From Octopus sinensis (lineage: Eukaryota), in the NCBI RefSeq assembly GCF_006345805.1, contig NC_043008.1, forward strand, positions 31,248,001-31,312,000: a stretch of DNA of 64,000 nucleotides, read 5' to 3'. The position numbers were made by a program, and so were the translations under genes. Below the pieces are notes generated by a model that saw only the letters and a program-made list of their open reading frames with translations, was not told the DNA's origin and searched no databases. Of the stretch, positions 25,201 to 38,510 are shown in pieces; the stretch's first letter is position 1; each line of letters starts with the position of its first letter.

Positions 25201-26128
25201 TACTTTGCTTTAGCATGGTTACATTTCATTGTCTAAAACCAATGAAAAAAATAAGTGAATTTATCTCCCATCATTCTTATTGCAAGAGTCAGTGTTGGTG
25301 AAGTTAAGTGTGTAAGAGTCCTGCTGTTTTTGGTAGAATTGCTGTTCTCATGACTCTTTTTTTTACTTTACTCTCTATGTCCTTACTAGTTGACTTTTCT
25401 CTGTTCATTAGTGGCAACAGATGGCGTGTAACTAGAACAAAAAAAAAAAACATTGTAATGTAATCTGTAATTCTAAGGAACCAATATCCAACCACAGATG
25501 TATTTCACACTTGAGAAATTGTCCACTGATAAAATTACTTCACCTCCAACCTTCAGTAATAATTGGCATGCTGTTCTATTACTTGCCAGAACACATGAAC
25601 AATGGGACTCTTGTACTCTTGTCATTATTCAACTGTTTATAATTATGACAACATTATAAGACAATTATAGAATATTCAGTGCTGCAAAACAATTGTTCTT
25701 AATAATAAGCATAGATGTGGCTCTGTGGTTAAGAAGCTTGCTTTCCACCCATTCAGTTTTGAGTTCAGTCCCATTACACTGCAACTAGGGCAAGCGTATT
25801 TTACTACAACCTTGAGCCAACCAAAGCTTTGTGAGTGGATTTGCTTGGCAGAAACTGAAAGAAGCCTGTTTGTGTGTGTTCACTCTTGCCTACACATTAC
25901 ATGATGTTTGTAAATGAGCATTAGTGTCAATCAAGCAAGGCTGTTTGTTTCCATCTGTTTATAGGAAAATATTGCCTTGCTTGAAATCTAGTGAGGGTTG
26001 ATGATAGGAAGGGTATCTAGCTCTAGAAAATCTGCCTCAGCAAATTTGGTCTGACCTATGCAAGCATGGAAAAATGGACATCAAATGATGATGATAAATA
26101 TGCTATTTTCACATTTGACATATTAGAA

Positions 26129-26489
26129 CAATGGTTCTCAATTGGGAGTCTATATTAGATTTTTGGGGTCCATGCAAGTAAAATGGTAAACTGGGTGGGG
26201 ATCCATAGTAGTATTCTGAGAGCCCATGATTTTGTTTTAGATGTATTTATTGCAAGAAACAGCATGGTTTCTTTCTCTTACATAGTACAACTTGTTTCAA
26301 GCCTCTGAAATGTTCTTTCCAAGAAAGTAATTGCGAGCTTACACAAGTAAATGTGTGATAAACAAAATACAAACTTCGAAAGAAATATCTGTAAAACTGG
26401 TTTTTAAACATGGAATTGCTATGGGGATCCACCAGAATAGAATAGTAATCAAAGGGATCCATAGATAAAAAAATGATTGAAAACCACTG
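26129..26489. mobile_element. hAT (Charlie-like) MITE with 8-bp TSD
   Basis: TIRs CAATGGTTCTCAA / TTGAAAACCACTG; flanks TATTAGAA and CATTAGAA (7/8 match); related copy at 33118-33354. Confidence 0.75.
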
Positions 26490-27539
26490 CATTAGAAAGA
26501 GGAATATGCTTCTGCGGATAAGGTATTTGGCTACCTTCTTTTGAGTCTGTTGTGCAGCTCTGCTGCTGGTTTATTATTATGTTTAAGGGAAAACTATTTT
26601 GTTTCCCTTTGCATTTAGTTCACTTAGAATTCGTAAGTAGGTACCTGCTCATCTGGGAATATTACCTGTAAAAAATTGGTGTCCAAATCACAAGGTTTCT
26701 TTCTTTTTTGCTTCACATCATAAATAACAAGAGTGTGCCTCTACTTGATCTGCTTGAAATAGCAGCTAATTACACCCTACTATCTTGAGCAAATGGAGGA
26801 AAATAAATTCCTAGGATCATTATATCAGAAATATGAAAGAAAGGTAGGGCTTTGATAGGATTGTCTTTGATCATGCATTAGTGCAATTTGGCTGATCTGG
26901 GACTGCTGCTTCTGCTGTTGTTAGTATTACTACCCCCTCAAATATTGCCACCACTACCACATGAACAAATCACCAGCTTTTAGAGAAGCTTCTTGTTGCT
27001 TTACCAGTGTGTTCTTATTTATTTTTTAATTACTTATTTGTTGTTTTTTTTAACTTCATAGGATTGCACTGGAATATTATTGAAAGAAAAGCAATCACTA
27101 TAACAGTCTTAATATAAATTGTTTAGCTTCCAGCTTAATCCTCTAATCAAATGTAATGTCTATGACCATTCTTTTGCAAGTTTCTTGAAGTGAATTTGTG
27201 TGTTGAAACAGATTTAGTTGTATTTTTGGAGGGTCATTGTGCCAATAACAAACACATGCACTAGTTCTATTTCATTTAATACTAGATCTTTACACATCAC
27301 TACACTGTGAGTAAAAATATTTGTTAATCATGCATGTACCTTCTTTTAATTGTTGATTGTTATATAGTGCAAGTCTTGTTAGTTACTATGGTGACAACAC
27401 TATCTATCTATCTATCATTCACATGTACACATTCTCTCTCTCATCAACTTTTTCTCCTCTTCTTCTTTTCCTCTAATAGATGTTGTGACAGATAGATGGA
27501 GATCTGCTTCTTTTTTATAATGTAATATTATTAGTCAAC

Positions 27540-27748
27540 TAAGGTGGCATGCTGGCAGAATCATAAGTAAACCTTGTAAAATGCTTAGCTGTATTTTATC
27601 CTTCTTTACACTCTGAGTTCAAATTCCTTTAAGACTGACTTTGCCTTTCATCCTTTCAGGGTTGATAAAATAAGTACCAGTTGAGTGATTGACTATCACC
27701 CCCTGAAATTGCTGGCCTTGTGCCAAAATTTGAAAGCGATATTATTAG
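27540..27748 (+). mobile_element. SINE family B
   Basis: Colinear with the other family B copies. Confidence 0.85.
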
Positions 27749-28888
27749 TCAATTAGTTAATCATTTAACCGATAAATGAATTGAGTGTTTCATTAACTTT
27801 GGTCAATCAATCAGCTAGGTCAGCCAGTCCTTTATTGCTATTTGAAACCTCATCAATGACATTTCTCTACATCAGGTCTCCTCCAAGTCTATCTGTCGTC
27901 TGAATGATAAAATCACAAATGGGAAAACTAGGACTCTGATGAGTTGTAACTGACATAACAATTAATATCAAACAATTGATTAGTTTAGTGGTTAAATGAT
28001 TAACTAGTTGTCTATTAATAATAAACCAGAGACAGAATCAGTGTGTGTGTGTGTGTTTACTATTTGCAAATTGACCCTCCCAAAATACAATAATCTTTCT
28101 TTTTGGGGTCCAGTATATCAGAGTTTACATATTTAATGTATTTTACTCTTTTTAAGCTAATGCGGCATGAATATAAGGATTTTATTGTTATTTCTCACAG
28201 GTTTTGAATGCTAATATAGTATGGCAGAATTGTTAGCATGCTGGACAAAGTACTTAGCGGTACTGAGTTCAATTTCTGCCAAGATCGAATTTACCGTTCA
28301 TCCTTTTGGGGTCGATAAAATAAGTACCAGTTGAACACTGGGGTCGATGTAATCAACTCAAACAAAAGACAATGGATTGGCAGCAGACAAAATGTGTTAC
28401 AGTATTTAGTTACATCCCTTTAGGTGCTGAGATCAATTCCTGTCAGCGTTAACTTTTGCTTTTTATCCTTCTGCAGTTCCACAGCCAAATATTGAAGTGG
28501 TCTTAATTGATTGCACTCTACTGAAATCATTTAATACTATTATTTCCAATAGCTGATAGCATTACAAAATAATCATAAATTAGGCATTCTTTTATTTCAC
28601 CCACTTAAAAAGAATGAAGTTCAAATCCTACCAGGGGGTTCAGCTTGGCATCTCATTATTTTGGGATCAATGAAATGAGTATCAATCATTCAAGAAGCAA
28701 TTCAACATCTTTCCTACAATTCTCAGCCTTGACCCAGTGTTAATGTAGAGAATGTATTATTAGCATATTAGTACAGCTGTATTATTACCAAGTATTTAAT
28801 CTCAGTTTGTGTCATATTTCTAGCAGTAATAGAATATACTGCTTTCCATTAAGCTTTCGATTAAGTCCTTTAACTTAGAAACATACAG

Positions 28889-29090
28889 TTAACCCTTGAT
28901 TATTCAAACCAGCCATATCTAGGCCCAAATATTTTATCTGTTTTATATTCAAACTGACCAGATCCAGCCTCTCGCATATTCTACCCTAACAATGCCATTC
29001 TAAAATTAAAATAATTACATCGATAATTCAAAACAATCTGAATAAATAAACATTACATTTGATTGAATAATCTGAATGCTAAAGCATTAA
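28889..29090 (+). mobile_element. MITE family 1
   Basis: TTAA-CCCTT ... GAATGCTAAAGCA-TTAA with the family internal sequence. Confidence 0.85.
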
Positions 29091-29498
29091 CATCCTTAAG
29101 AGATGTTTCCATTTCAATCTTCTCCATTTTATTTTTTATTGTACAAAGTATTTACTATGGAATATGCTTCTGTGTTACACAAAATTCCTCAACACAAGAA
29201 CAGTTTGTAATTAGTATAATCTAGTGACATTAAAACATATCTAAAAAGTTATATATCCCAAATTTCTATCTGCTTTTTAAACCTTATATATGGTGTAGAA
29301 GTATGTTTTTTCTGGGTTTAACACTAAAGTGCTCGGTATGCACACTTGTAGAGTCTTGTTAAGTATAATTTGTTTAATGACTGTAATTACACTCATACTA
29401 TGGTTTCTGGCTAATATCTGGCAATGTGAACACAGATAACCTACATTTGTAGCAGTTGGGGAAGCATGATAAGAACGTAACAAAAGATTCTAAACGTA

Positions 29499-29903
29499 GG
29501 CACAGGCGTGGCTGTGTGATAAGATGTTTGCTTCCCAACCACGTGGTTCCAGTTTCAGTCCCACTGCATGGCAACTTGGGCAAATCTCTTCTCCTACTGC
29601 CTTAGACCAACCAAAACCTTGTGAGTGGATTCAATAGACGGAAACTGAAAGAAGCCTGCTGTGTGTGTGTCTTCGTGTCTATTTTATGCGTGTGTCTTTG
29701 TGTCTAACACCGCTGCTTGACAACTGGTTTTGATGTGTTTATGTCCCTGTAACTTAGCAGTTTGGCAAAAGAGACTGATAGAATAAGTACCAGGCTTTAA
29801 AAAAATGAAATAGTGGAGTTGATTTATTTTAATAAAAATTTTTCAAAGTGGTGCCCCAGCATGGCAGCATTCTAATGACTGAAACAAGTAAAAAACAAAA
29901 GAT
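29499..29903 (+). mobile_element. SINE family A (full length)
   Basis: Colinear with 3718-4090. Confidence 0.9.
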
Positions 29904-30372
29904 CTCTTAATATAAAAGGTTGTGTCAGTCTTTATTTTTGTTTGTTGGTTTTCTCATACTGTAGAAACTTCACACATGCACTTATGTGCATACAAATCAA
30001 TACTTACATATTAGATACACATATTACATACACACAAGACCTTGCACTAAGCAAATCCAGTGAGAGAGAGTGAAATTGACAATCTTCATTCCAGTATTAT
30101 AGTTTAGAAAAGGATACTTATAGATTGTTAATTACTCACAGTCACTTTCATAATCATTAAGAAACACTTCAATATGTATTAAGATAGATAGCAAGAAAGA
30201 TAATGTGTGTGAAAAAGTCTGATAGAAACAGTTAGTGTGATAGACAGATGGTGTGACGACGGTCTTGATTACCTAATTACACTTTCAGAGTTCATCTTAT
30301 TGTCTCATTGATCCTACACCTACACATTGACCACTATGTTATGATACCTATTTTTCACTTTCTCACTGTGTG

Positions 30373-30450
<78 letters not shown>

Positions 30451-30879
30451 TCTCTCTGTAACCTAATTAATCATACTTCTACCATCAGATTAACTTTATC
30501 TGTGTCTCTCTATATATCACCAGTCATTATCTCTATTTTACTTTCATAATTGTTTCTATAATTTACTCCACACACAAATAATGGATTCTATGCCAATGTG
30601 TGTGTGTACAGGCAACACACAGGCATTCATTTTTAGATCGTTTCCTGGTTCCATTCATTGGACTATGGTAATGCTGGTGTACCCATTTCAAGGATATTTG
30701 TCAATGGCATCAACTCTTCTACTTCATCATCACCATTGTCGTCATTTACTCTCCACTTTTCCATTATTGGATGGTTCAGACGGAATCTGTTGAAGCAGAT
30801 ATTCTACTTTCTGATGCCAACCCCTATCTATTTCCATGCAAGGTAACATTTCCCATGGCCTGACATGTTTCCCGTAGTA

Positions 30880-31187
30880 AGGAGCTCTCCGCCAATTACG
30901 ACGACGAGGGTCCCCACTGATATGATCAATGGAACAGCTTGCTCATGAAATTAACGTGCAAGTGATTGAGCAATCCACAGACACGTGTACCCCTAACATA
31001 GTTCTCAGAAGGATTCAGCATGACGCAAAGTGTGACAAGGCCGACCCTTTGAAATACTGGTACAACTCATTTTTGCCAGCTGAGTGAACTGGAGCAATGT
31101 GAAATAAAGTGTCTTGCTGAAGGACACAACGCGTCGCCGGGAATCAAACTCAAAACTTTACAATCGTGAGCCAAATGCCCTAACACT
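30880..31187 (-). mobile_element. tRNA-derived SINE related to family C, with 15-bp TSD
   Basis: Direct repeat ATGTTTCCCGT(A/T)GTA at 30865-30879 and 31188-31202; minus-strand GAGTTTGATTCCCGG B-box-like motif and CACTCAGCTGGCAAAAATGAGTTG body. Confidence 0.8.
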
Positions 31188-31479
31188 ATGTTTCCCGTTG
31201 TAGACTAGAAACAAACAACTTTGCTTGTATGATGGTAATGCTTGTTGAGAACCATTATATGATGTCAGAACAAGGGGAGTGTTAGCACTAGTATTTATAT
31301 CATATTAACCCAGAAAGATTAAAGACAAAGTTGACTTGAGTGAGATTTGAACCCAGAATGTAAAAGATAGTTGCATAGCACAAGTTCTTTTACCTTAAAC
31401 TTTTCTGATCCTGCCATCATGCATGTATAATGATGTGGACTTGTGATTGATGCATATGTGTATGTGTGTGTATTTTACT

Positions 31480-31850
31480 TGCTTCAGTCATTAGACTGCA
31501 GCTATACAGGAACACCAACTTTAAGAACTTTTAGTTGAATGAATTGACCCCAGTACTTTTTTGTTGCCTGGTACTCATTCTGTCATTCTATTTTGCCAAA
31601 CTGCTAAGTTATGAGGATGTTAACACACCAACACCAGTTTTCAGGCTGTGGAGTGGTGAACAGACACACACACACACGTTTATATATATATACATGATGG
31701 GCTTCTTTCAGTTTCCTTCTACCAATTCCACTAACAAGGATTTGGTCAACTTGGTGCTATAGAAGAAGACACTTGCCCAATGTGCCATGCAGTGGAACTG
31801 AACCTGAAATCATGTGGTTGGGAAGCAAGCTTCTTACTACACAGCCATGC
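31480..31850 (-). mobile_element. SINE family A (full length)
   Basis: Reverse complement of family A; further copies at 32775-33090 (+), 40312-40692 (-), 50170-50595 (+), 55960-56270 (+) and 59170-59522 (-). Confidence 0.9.
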
Positions 31851-33666
31851 AAGCCTGTATGTGTTAATGTGTATGCACGCATATATTTACATGTAAGCAT
31901 TTTGTTTTTCTGTTTTTTTTAAGTGTTGAGTGTTGATACAAATATATGATTGTAAATGAGACTGGCGGGGTTGTGTTCCAACTAAGCTGGTGCTATGAGA
32001 ACAATTATTGATATTTGTTTTGCATTGTGCTTAAATTTACTTCCTGGCCAGTTCTCTTTATAATGTTTGCAACATATGTTACCTGTTGGAAAGCAGTTTT
32101 TTTATTATTGTGTGCTTTCAGTAGAACAGTTCGGTGTAAAATAACTTCATTTGAGTTATTGTGTATCTCTGTGTGTGGGCTTGTGTGAGTTATTGCCTTT
32201 CTGTGTCAGTGTTGTATCTATATCTGTGTATTTGATGTACCTCTTTGTGCTTGTGTGATATTATATGATTGTATGCATGTGTGTATGTGTATATATATAT
32301 ATATGTTTGTGTGTGTGTGTGTTATTGCATGAGTTTACTTTTTGTGTCTGTTATTGTATCTGTGCGTACATACACACACGCGTGTGTGTGTAAAATGTGA
32401 TGTGACAAGTGCGAGGGAAAAAGGATTGTTTTAATTATCTCTGTTTACACAAGCACACATCCCAACTCTTCTGACCTCTTCTTCAGACAATTCTGGTGGG
32501 TGGAGGATTTGGGATACAAAGCTCTCTGGTTCAGCAATAAACATGTTTGAATCTTATTACTTCTGACTGTAGGTCTGTGAGTCTGTCTGTGTGTACACAC
32601 AGAATGACCTGATCTACTGGTTACTCTTGGGTCATAAGTTCATATTCTGTCAACATATGTTTTGAGTATCTCTGAATAAAGCAGTGCTTCTCAACCATTT
32701 TTTTTTTTTGTGTCTATGGATCCATTTGGTTTTTATTTTAATCTACATAATATTTTTAATAATTGATTATTATTAGGAATTGTTTGCTTCTCAACCAAAT
32801 GGTTCCAGGTTCAGTCCCACTGCATTGTCACCTTGGGAAAGTGTCTTCTATTATAGCTTCAGACTGATCAAAGCCTTGTGAGTGGATTTGGTAGATGGAA
32901 ACTGAAAGAAGCCCATCATTTATATATATGTGTGTGTTTGTGTGTGTCTTTGTTCTCGTAACTTAGTGGTTCAGCAAAAGAGTTCAATAGAATAAGCACC
33001 AAGCTTTAAAAATATCAGTACCTGGGGTTGATTCATTCAAGGTGGTGCCCCAGCATGGCCACTGTCTAATGACTGAAACAAGTAAAAGAATATGTTTTAA
33101 CGTATCTCTGAATATAGCAGTGGCTCTCAACCATATTTTGCATGTGGACCCTTTTGATTTCTGTTTTACTCTACCAAGTCGTAATAAACATTCAATGTTT
33201 AAAAAACTCCCATTATATTTTTATAACTGAATATTTTTAGGAATTGTATAAAAAAAATTGTTAAAATATTTTGTGTGTTGTAGAAGTAAGACCAATTTAA
33301 TGTACATAAATTTTAACAGCAAAGTTTTGTGTGGACCCCAGTTGAGAACCAGTGAAATAAAACATTAAATTCTTCATGACTCATTGAGGTTCTTCATGCT
33401 TTTTGGAGACCTCCTGGCTGTATTGAGATAATAGAAACTTGTTACCTGTTAATGCAAACATGTTGCCTGTTCAAATATGTTGGAGACAACTAGATATAAA
33501 TACTTATCAACAGTAAGAAATTTTCTCCATGGCAAAAATTAGTGTATGGCTTTCTTATAGGTTTGAATATGACTCAAGTGTGTTTGAACTAGTACTAACC
33601 TTGTATTTATACACATCACTGCTAAGCACAGTCACCCTGTATTTCAAGTGTAGATATATTCTGTCT

Positions 33667-33887
33667 TTAACCTATTCATTACTGTATTTATTCTGAGACG
33701 CTCTGTGTTTCTTTCAATTCAATTTAAACATAACAAAGAATTTAGTAAAATAACTTATTTAGTTAGTGTTAGGAACATAAATTGTGACTAAGGTTTAGTG
33801 GAAGATTTTAATTCAAAACTTATGAAAACAAGACATTTGTACTCAGAATACATTTGTATTCAGTTGGGTTGCTAACGAAAGAGTTAA
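33667..33887. mobile_element. TTAA-flanked MITE, family 2
   Basis: TTAA-CCTATTCATTAC ... CTAACGAAAGAG-TTAA; opposite-orientation copy at 39124-39355. Confidence 0.8.
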
Positions 33888-34100
33888 GTGTTCATGTTAC
33901 TCTATTGTAATGTGTATTTATTCACAATCTTTTTTAATTTATCCTGCATTATCTTGTAAATTGAGATTTCAATGAGGTGATTGCTTATGTTCAAGATGAC
34001 ATTGTAGGATAGGTGTAAGATGTCAGATCTGGCCAGTTTGAACATTAAACCTGTAGAATATTTTGGCTGCATATGGTCAATTTAAATGCTAAAGGGGTAA

Positions 34101-34270
34101 TGCAAGGAATATTAAAGAGTAAATGATAAGTAATAGTTAAGTTAGTGTTAACAAATTCAATACAAATAGCATTAAAAAATTAGCTGGAAATAACAGTTAA
34201 GTTAGTGTTAACATATTTTATTCAGGGAGCATAAAGTGTTAATGAAAAATAATAGTTAAGTTAGTGTTCA
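34101..34270. repeat. Diverged ~60-bp tandem repeat with conserved 23-bp core TAATAGTTAAGTTAGTGTTAACA
   Basis: Cores at 34131, 34191 and 34250; the intervening segments are alignable to each other. Confidence 0.8.
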
Positions 34271-34855
34271 ATCCAAGAAATCACCATCATTTAGTATCTG
34301 TTTTCCATGCTGGCATAGGCTGGACAGTTTGACCAGAACTAGTAAGTCAGAAGACTGCACTAAACTCTACTGACTGTTTTCGCATGGTTTCTGCAGCTGA
34401 ATGCTCTTTCTGATACCAATCACTTAACAGAGTGTACTAGGTGCTTTTTATGTGGCACTAGCATTGGCAAGGTCACCAGTGTCATGTAAAAATGTTAATG
34501 AGAAATAATTTATGTAGTGAAGGAAAAACCCAATTAGTGACTGATATTATTTTATGATAATTCATTTTGATGAGCAGATAGACAACACTGGCTGCATCTT
34601 TGGTGAAGCAAACATTTTGCCATACTTAGTAAAATAGAGATAGGAAAATCACTAAATAAATGTACAAATTTGTGCATTAGTTGACATAAGAAAAATAAGA
34701 TTGTTTTGTAAATAAACAACATCATATGAATGATAAGCAATAATTAAGCTAATGGAGGGAATGCTAACCAGAAGTGATTATGTGATGAGGGGAAAAAGTA
34801 ATAAAATATTTGTACTTAACTAGAATTATTATTATTGTTGTTGTTGTTGTCGTTG

Positions 34856-35390
34856 CAATGAGCTGGCAGAATTGTTAGCATGCTGGGCAAAATGCTTAGT
34901 GGTATTTCGCCTGTCTTTACATTGTTTGTTCCTTCTCAAGCTAAGCTTGGCTCATAGGGCCGGTTTCCCAGTTTCCTTGGTGTATAGGTTCCCCACCTGG
35001 ACGGGACGCCTGTCCGTCGCAGGTGAGCTGCAAGATGCAGGCTGAAAGAGTGAGAGAAAGTTGTGGCGAAAGAGTCAGCAGAAGTTCGTCATTACCTTCT
35101 GCCGGAGCCATGTGTAGCTTAGGTATTTCACTCATAAACACACACATGCCCGGTCTGAGATTCAAACCTGCAATCCCTCAACCACAAGTCTGCTGCTCTA
35201 ACCACTAGGCCATGTGCCTCCACCTGTCTTTACATTCTGAGTACAAATTCCGTTAAGGTTTGCTTTACCTTTCATCCTTTTAGGGGTCAATAAAATAAGT
35301 ATCAGTAAAGCACTGGGTCATTGTAATTGACTTACTCCCTTCCTTGAAATTGCTGGCCTTGTACCACAAGTTGAAACCAATATTATTATT
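34856..35390 (+). mobile_element. SINE family B interrupted by SINE D (34924-35223, minus strand, 13-bp TSD)
   Basis: TSD CTGTCTTTACATT at 34911-34923 and 35224-35236; the family B sequence is continuous across the insert. Confidence 0.9.
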
Positions 35391-36173
35391 AATCCATTGA
35401 GGTTGACTACCTTTGAGGGGGTGGGGGGCGATAAAATAAGTACCAGTTGAGCACTTGGGTTGATGTAATCAACTTACACCCTCCCCTGAAGTTGCTGGCC
35501 TTTACCATAATTTGAAATCATTATTACTTTGGTTGATATGAGAGGTAAATGTGGCCATGTTTGCATCTTATGACTTTTTCATGCAGTGAAACAAATATGA
35601 GACAATGTTCAGTGAGTGTTTAGTTATTGGACAGTGATCATGCAGGGACCAAAACTTTTTAGTTGATTATATCAATCTCACTCCATTTTCAGATATTTAT
35701 TTTATTGATCCTTCTGATGAGGAAAGTCAGGGTCACCGATCTGCAACCAATGTTAAAGGCACTGTTTCTTTGCAAAATAGTTCACATACACCAAAAGTTT
35801 CTTATACAAATTCACATGACTTATTAAGAATAGCAGCCAAGTCTACCTCAATTCACAACCTATCATGGTTAAAAATCAAATGATACATTTAATCTTGTAT
35901 ATAGATAAAATATAACCTAAAGAAAATTTATAGGGGGTTACAGCAGGAGTACCTTTGATAATAGGTCTGGGTTGATTGAGAAAGCAAACAAAGAAAGCTA
36001 TTGTTTATAGGAACCTTCAACTGATTTTTAGTCAAAGACCAAGATCTTGTCACTTGATAGAAACCATGTTTTCTGCAAACACATCTACAGTGCTCTCTGC
36101 CATATGCTGTAGATTACAGCCCACATATACTCTCCCCATTTTTCTGTCTTTTTTATCATTCTTATACACTTTA

Positions 36174-36370
<197 letters not shown>

Positions 36371-37365
36371 AGAAACTAGGTTTGGCTGGTTTAAACATAA
36401 AAGAGGTAGGATATTTGGGCCAGACATAGCTAGTTTAAATGCTAAACAGTTAACCCATTCTCAGTCTTGGTTGAACAGACCAGTGTCAAGGATGATTTCC
36501 TACTGTGTTCATCTCATCTATTATTCTTCTAGAATGCTGTTTGCTGGACTATGTTATCCAAAAATGTCCTTTTTCTTCAGGACAGTAAAGTATGAATTGA
36601 TGGAAATTTGGCTGCTATTTCTAGCTGGTTGGACACCATGTAGAAGCTTACTTATTGACTTATGATGGAGATGAAAGGATGTAGTTAGCTGTCCGGCAAC
36701 CACTCACATGTATCTCCTCCATCCATTTCCATCCATCAATCACCTCTGCGTCTGTGCGTGGGTCTGTCTGTTTCTGCATTCTGCATCGTCACTATTTGTT
36801 AAAAGTGTGTGGAGAGTCAGGGTGAATGTGGTGGGAGTTGCTTGAAGCTTTCAACATTATCTCAATTGCTTTTAACTCAGATTTGGCTAGAGTATGTGTG
36901 TGTGTGTGTGGTGGGGGCTGTCTTCAGAGCATCTTTTAACTGGCTGAACCAACAAGGATTGTTGTTATTGTTTCAGTAGTAGTAGTAGTTGTTTTTGTTG
37001 TTGTCTTTAAAGTCCATAATTCTAAACTATAGAGAAATATTGATCCAGTGCACTATATACATTTTTTTTGTTTTAATTTAAGGATAAATATAATCATAGT
37101 AAAGAATGTGGATACGTATGTGTGTGTGAGAGAAAGGTGAGAAGGTGGCTGATGGGATGATGGGACACTTATTCTATGTGTTTTATCTGTGTATGTATAT
37201 TCTTAGACATCAGCATATATAATATATATATATATATATATATAGAAAAATTTTTATTAATAAGGGTGATAACTTGAATATTTATTTGATTAATATCAAT
37301 TTAAAACCAGTGGTGTAGCATATTGAAAAGCCTGAAGTTTCAGAAAAAAATTATATTACATACAT

Positions 37366-37675
37366 ATAAGAGGGATGACCTGTAAGTGGACATTCATTAT
37401 GCTAGAAGAAGATCTGCTATGGCCCTACCACTAAGAAAGGAATATTATCAAGAAAATCTAGTAAACACCAGAATGTAAATGAGTAAGACAAATGAAAAGA
37501 TACAAAATATAGATTCTATATTTTCTATCTATATTTTGTATCTTTTCATTTGTCTTGCTTGTTTACATTCTGGCATTAGCTAAATTCTCTTGAGAACATT
37601 CTTTTCTTAGTGGTAAGACCGTAGCGTATCTTCTTCTAGCATAATGGATGTCCACTTACAGGTCATCTCTTTTAT
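37366..37675. mobile_element. Foldback (almost fully palindromic) element, probably a MITE
   Basis: Arms 37366-37512 and 37529-37675 are reverse complements, about 85% identical by hand alignment; 16-bp spacer. Confidence 0.85.
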
Positions 37676-38259
37676 GTGTGTGTGATATATATATAAAGAG
37701 GGAGAGAGATACTCCTATACATATGCTTGAACGTATATGTAGAGTAAACTTGTTTAGAAATTTGTGTGCATGTGTCTGTGCACACATGCAATCTATATAT
37801 CTATATATATATATATATATACTCATATATGTGAGTGTGTGTGTATATCATAACCATTATAATCATTTAACATCTACTTTTCAAGCAGGCATGGGTCTGA
37901 CGAAATTTGTTGAACATTTTTTATGGCTGGATTGTCACTTTCTTGTCCCCAGCCCTCACCTGTTGACACACACACACACACATCATCATCATCATATCAT
38001 CATCATCACCTTACCTTCACTTTCTCTGCTGTCATGTTGGTCACTTTGATGGGATCCACTGGATTGGAGGATCATGTTTTGCTCTTGTTTTTGCAAGGTT
38101 TCTATGACAAGATACCTTTCTAATGTCAATGACTTCACAGCATGTACTTGGTACACTTTTTTGCATGTTACCCACACACTAGTGAAGTGACCTTGTAACT
38201 CACAGGACCAGAAAGCACACCCCATCCCTCGACAGAGAGAAAGAATAGAAATAGGGTGG

Positions 38260-38510
38260 TCACTTTATGTAAGGTGTTGAAAGATTAAAGTATGATGAGA
38301 ATAGCAAGGACAGGTTTATTGTTGGTGAAGTAGATTCATAGCTACCTTTCATTTTACATATGTGGAGAGGCCAGAGTGATACCAGAAAGATAGGTAAATA
38401 CGGAGGTGGAGAGGTTCCAAAATGTACCCTCGAGGTAATATGTTTCAGAAGGTGAATAGAAGAGTGTGTGGAAGCAAATAATCAGGAAGGGCTGATAGTC
38501 ATAAGAGTAT
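38260..38510 (-). mobile_element. Possible heavily decayed CR1/L2-like LINE 3' end
   Basis: With one frameshift the minus strand gives PR.TFWNLSTSVF, reminiscent of the FFPRT..LWNSLP..VF motif near CR1/L2 ORF2 ends; weak. Confidence 0.3.

Noticed and set aside
32487-32576. 90-nt exon between TTCTTCAG and GTGAGT
   Set aside because: All three frames contain a stop codon; only RNA data could support it as a non-coding exon.
34131-34270. CRISPR array
   Set aside because: Only three repeats, the spacers are homologous to each other, there are no cas genes and the context is eukaryotic.
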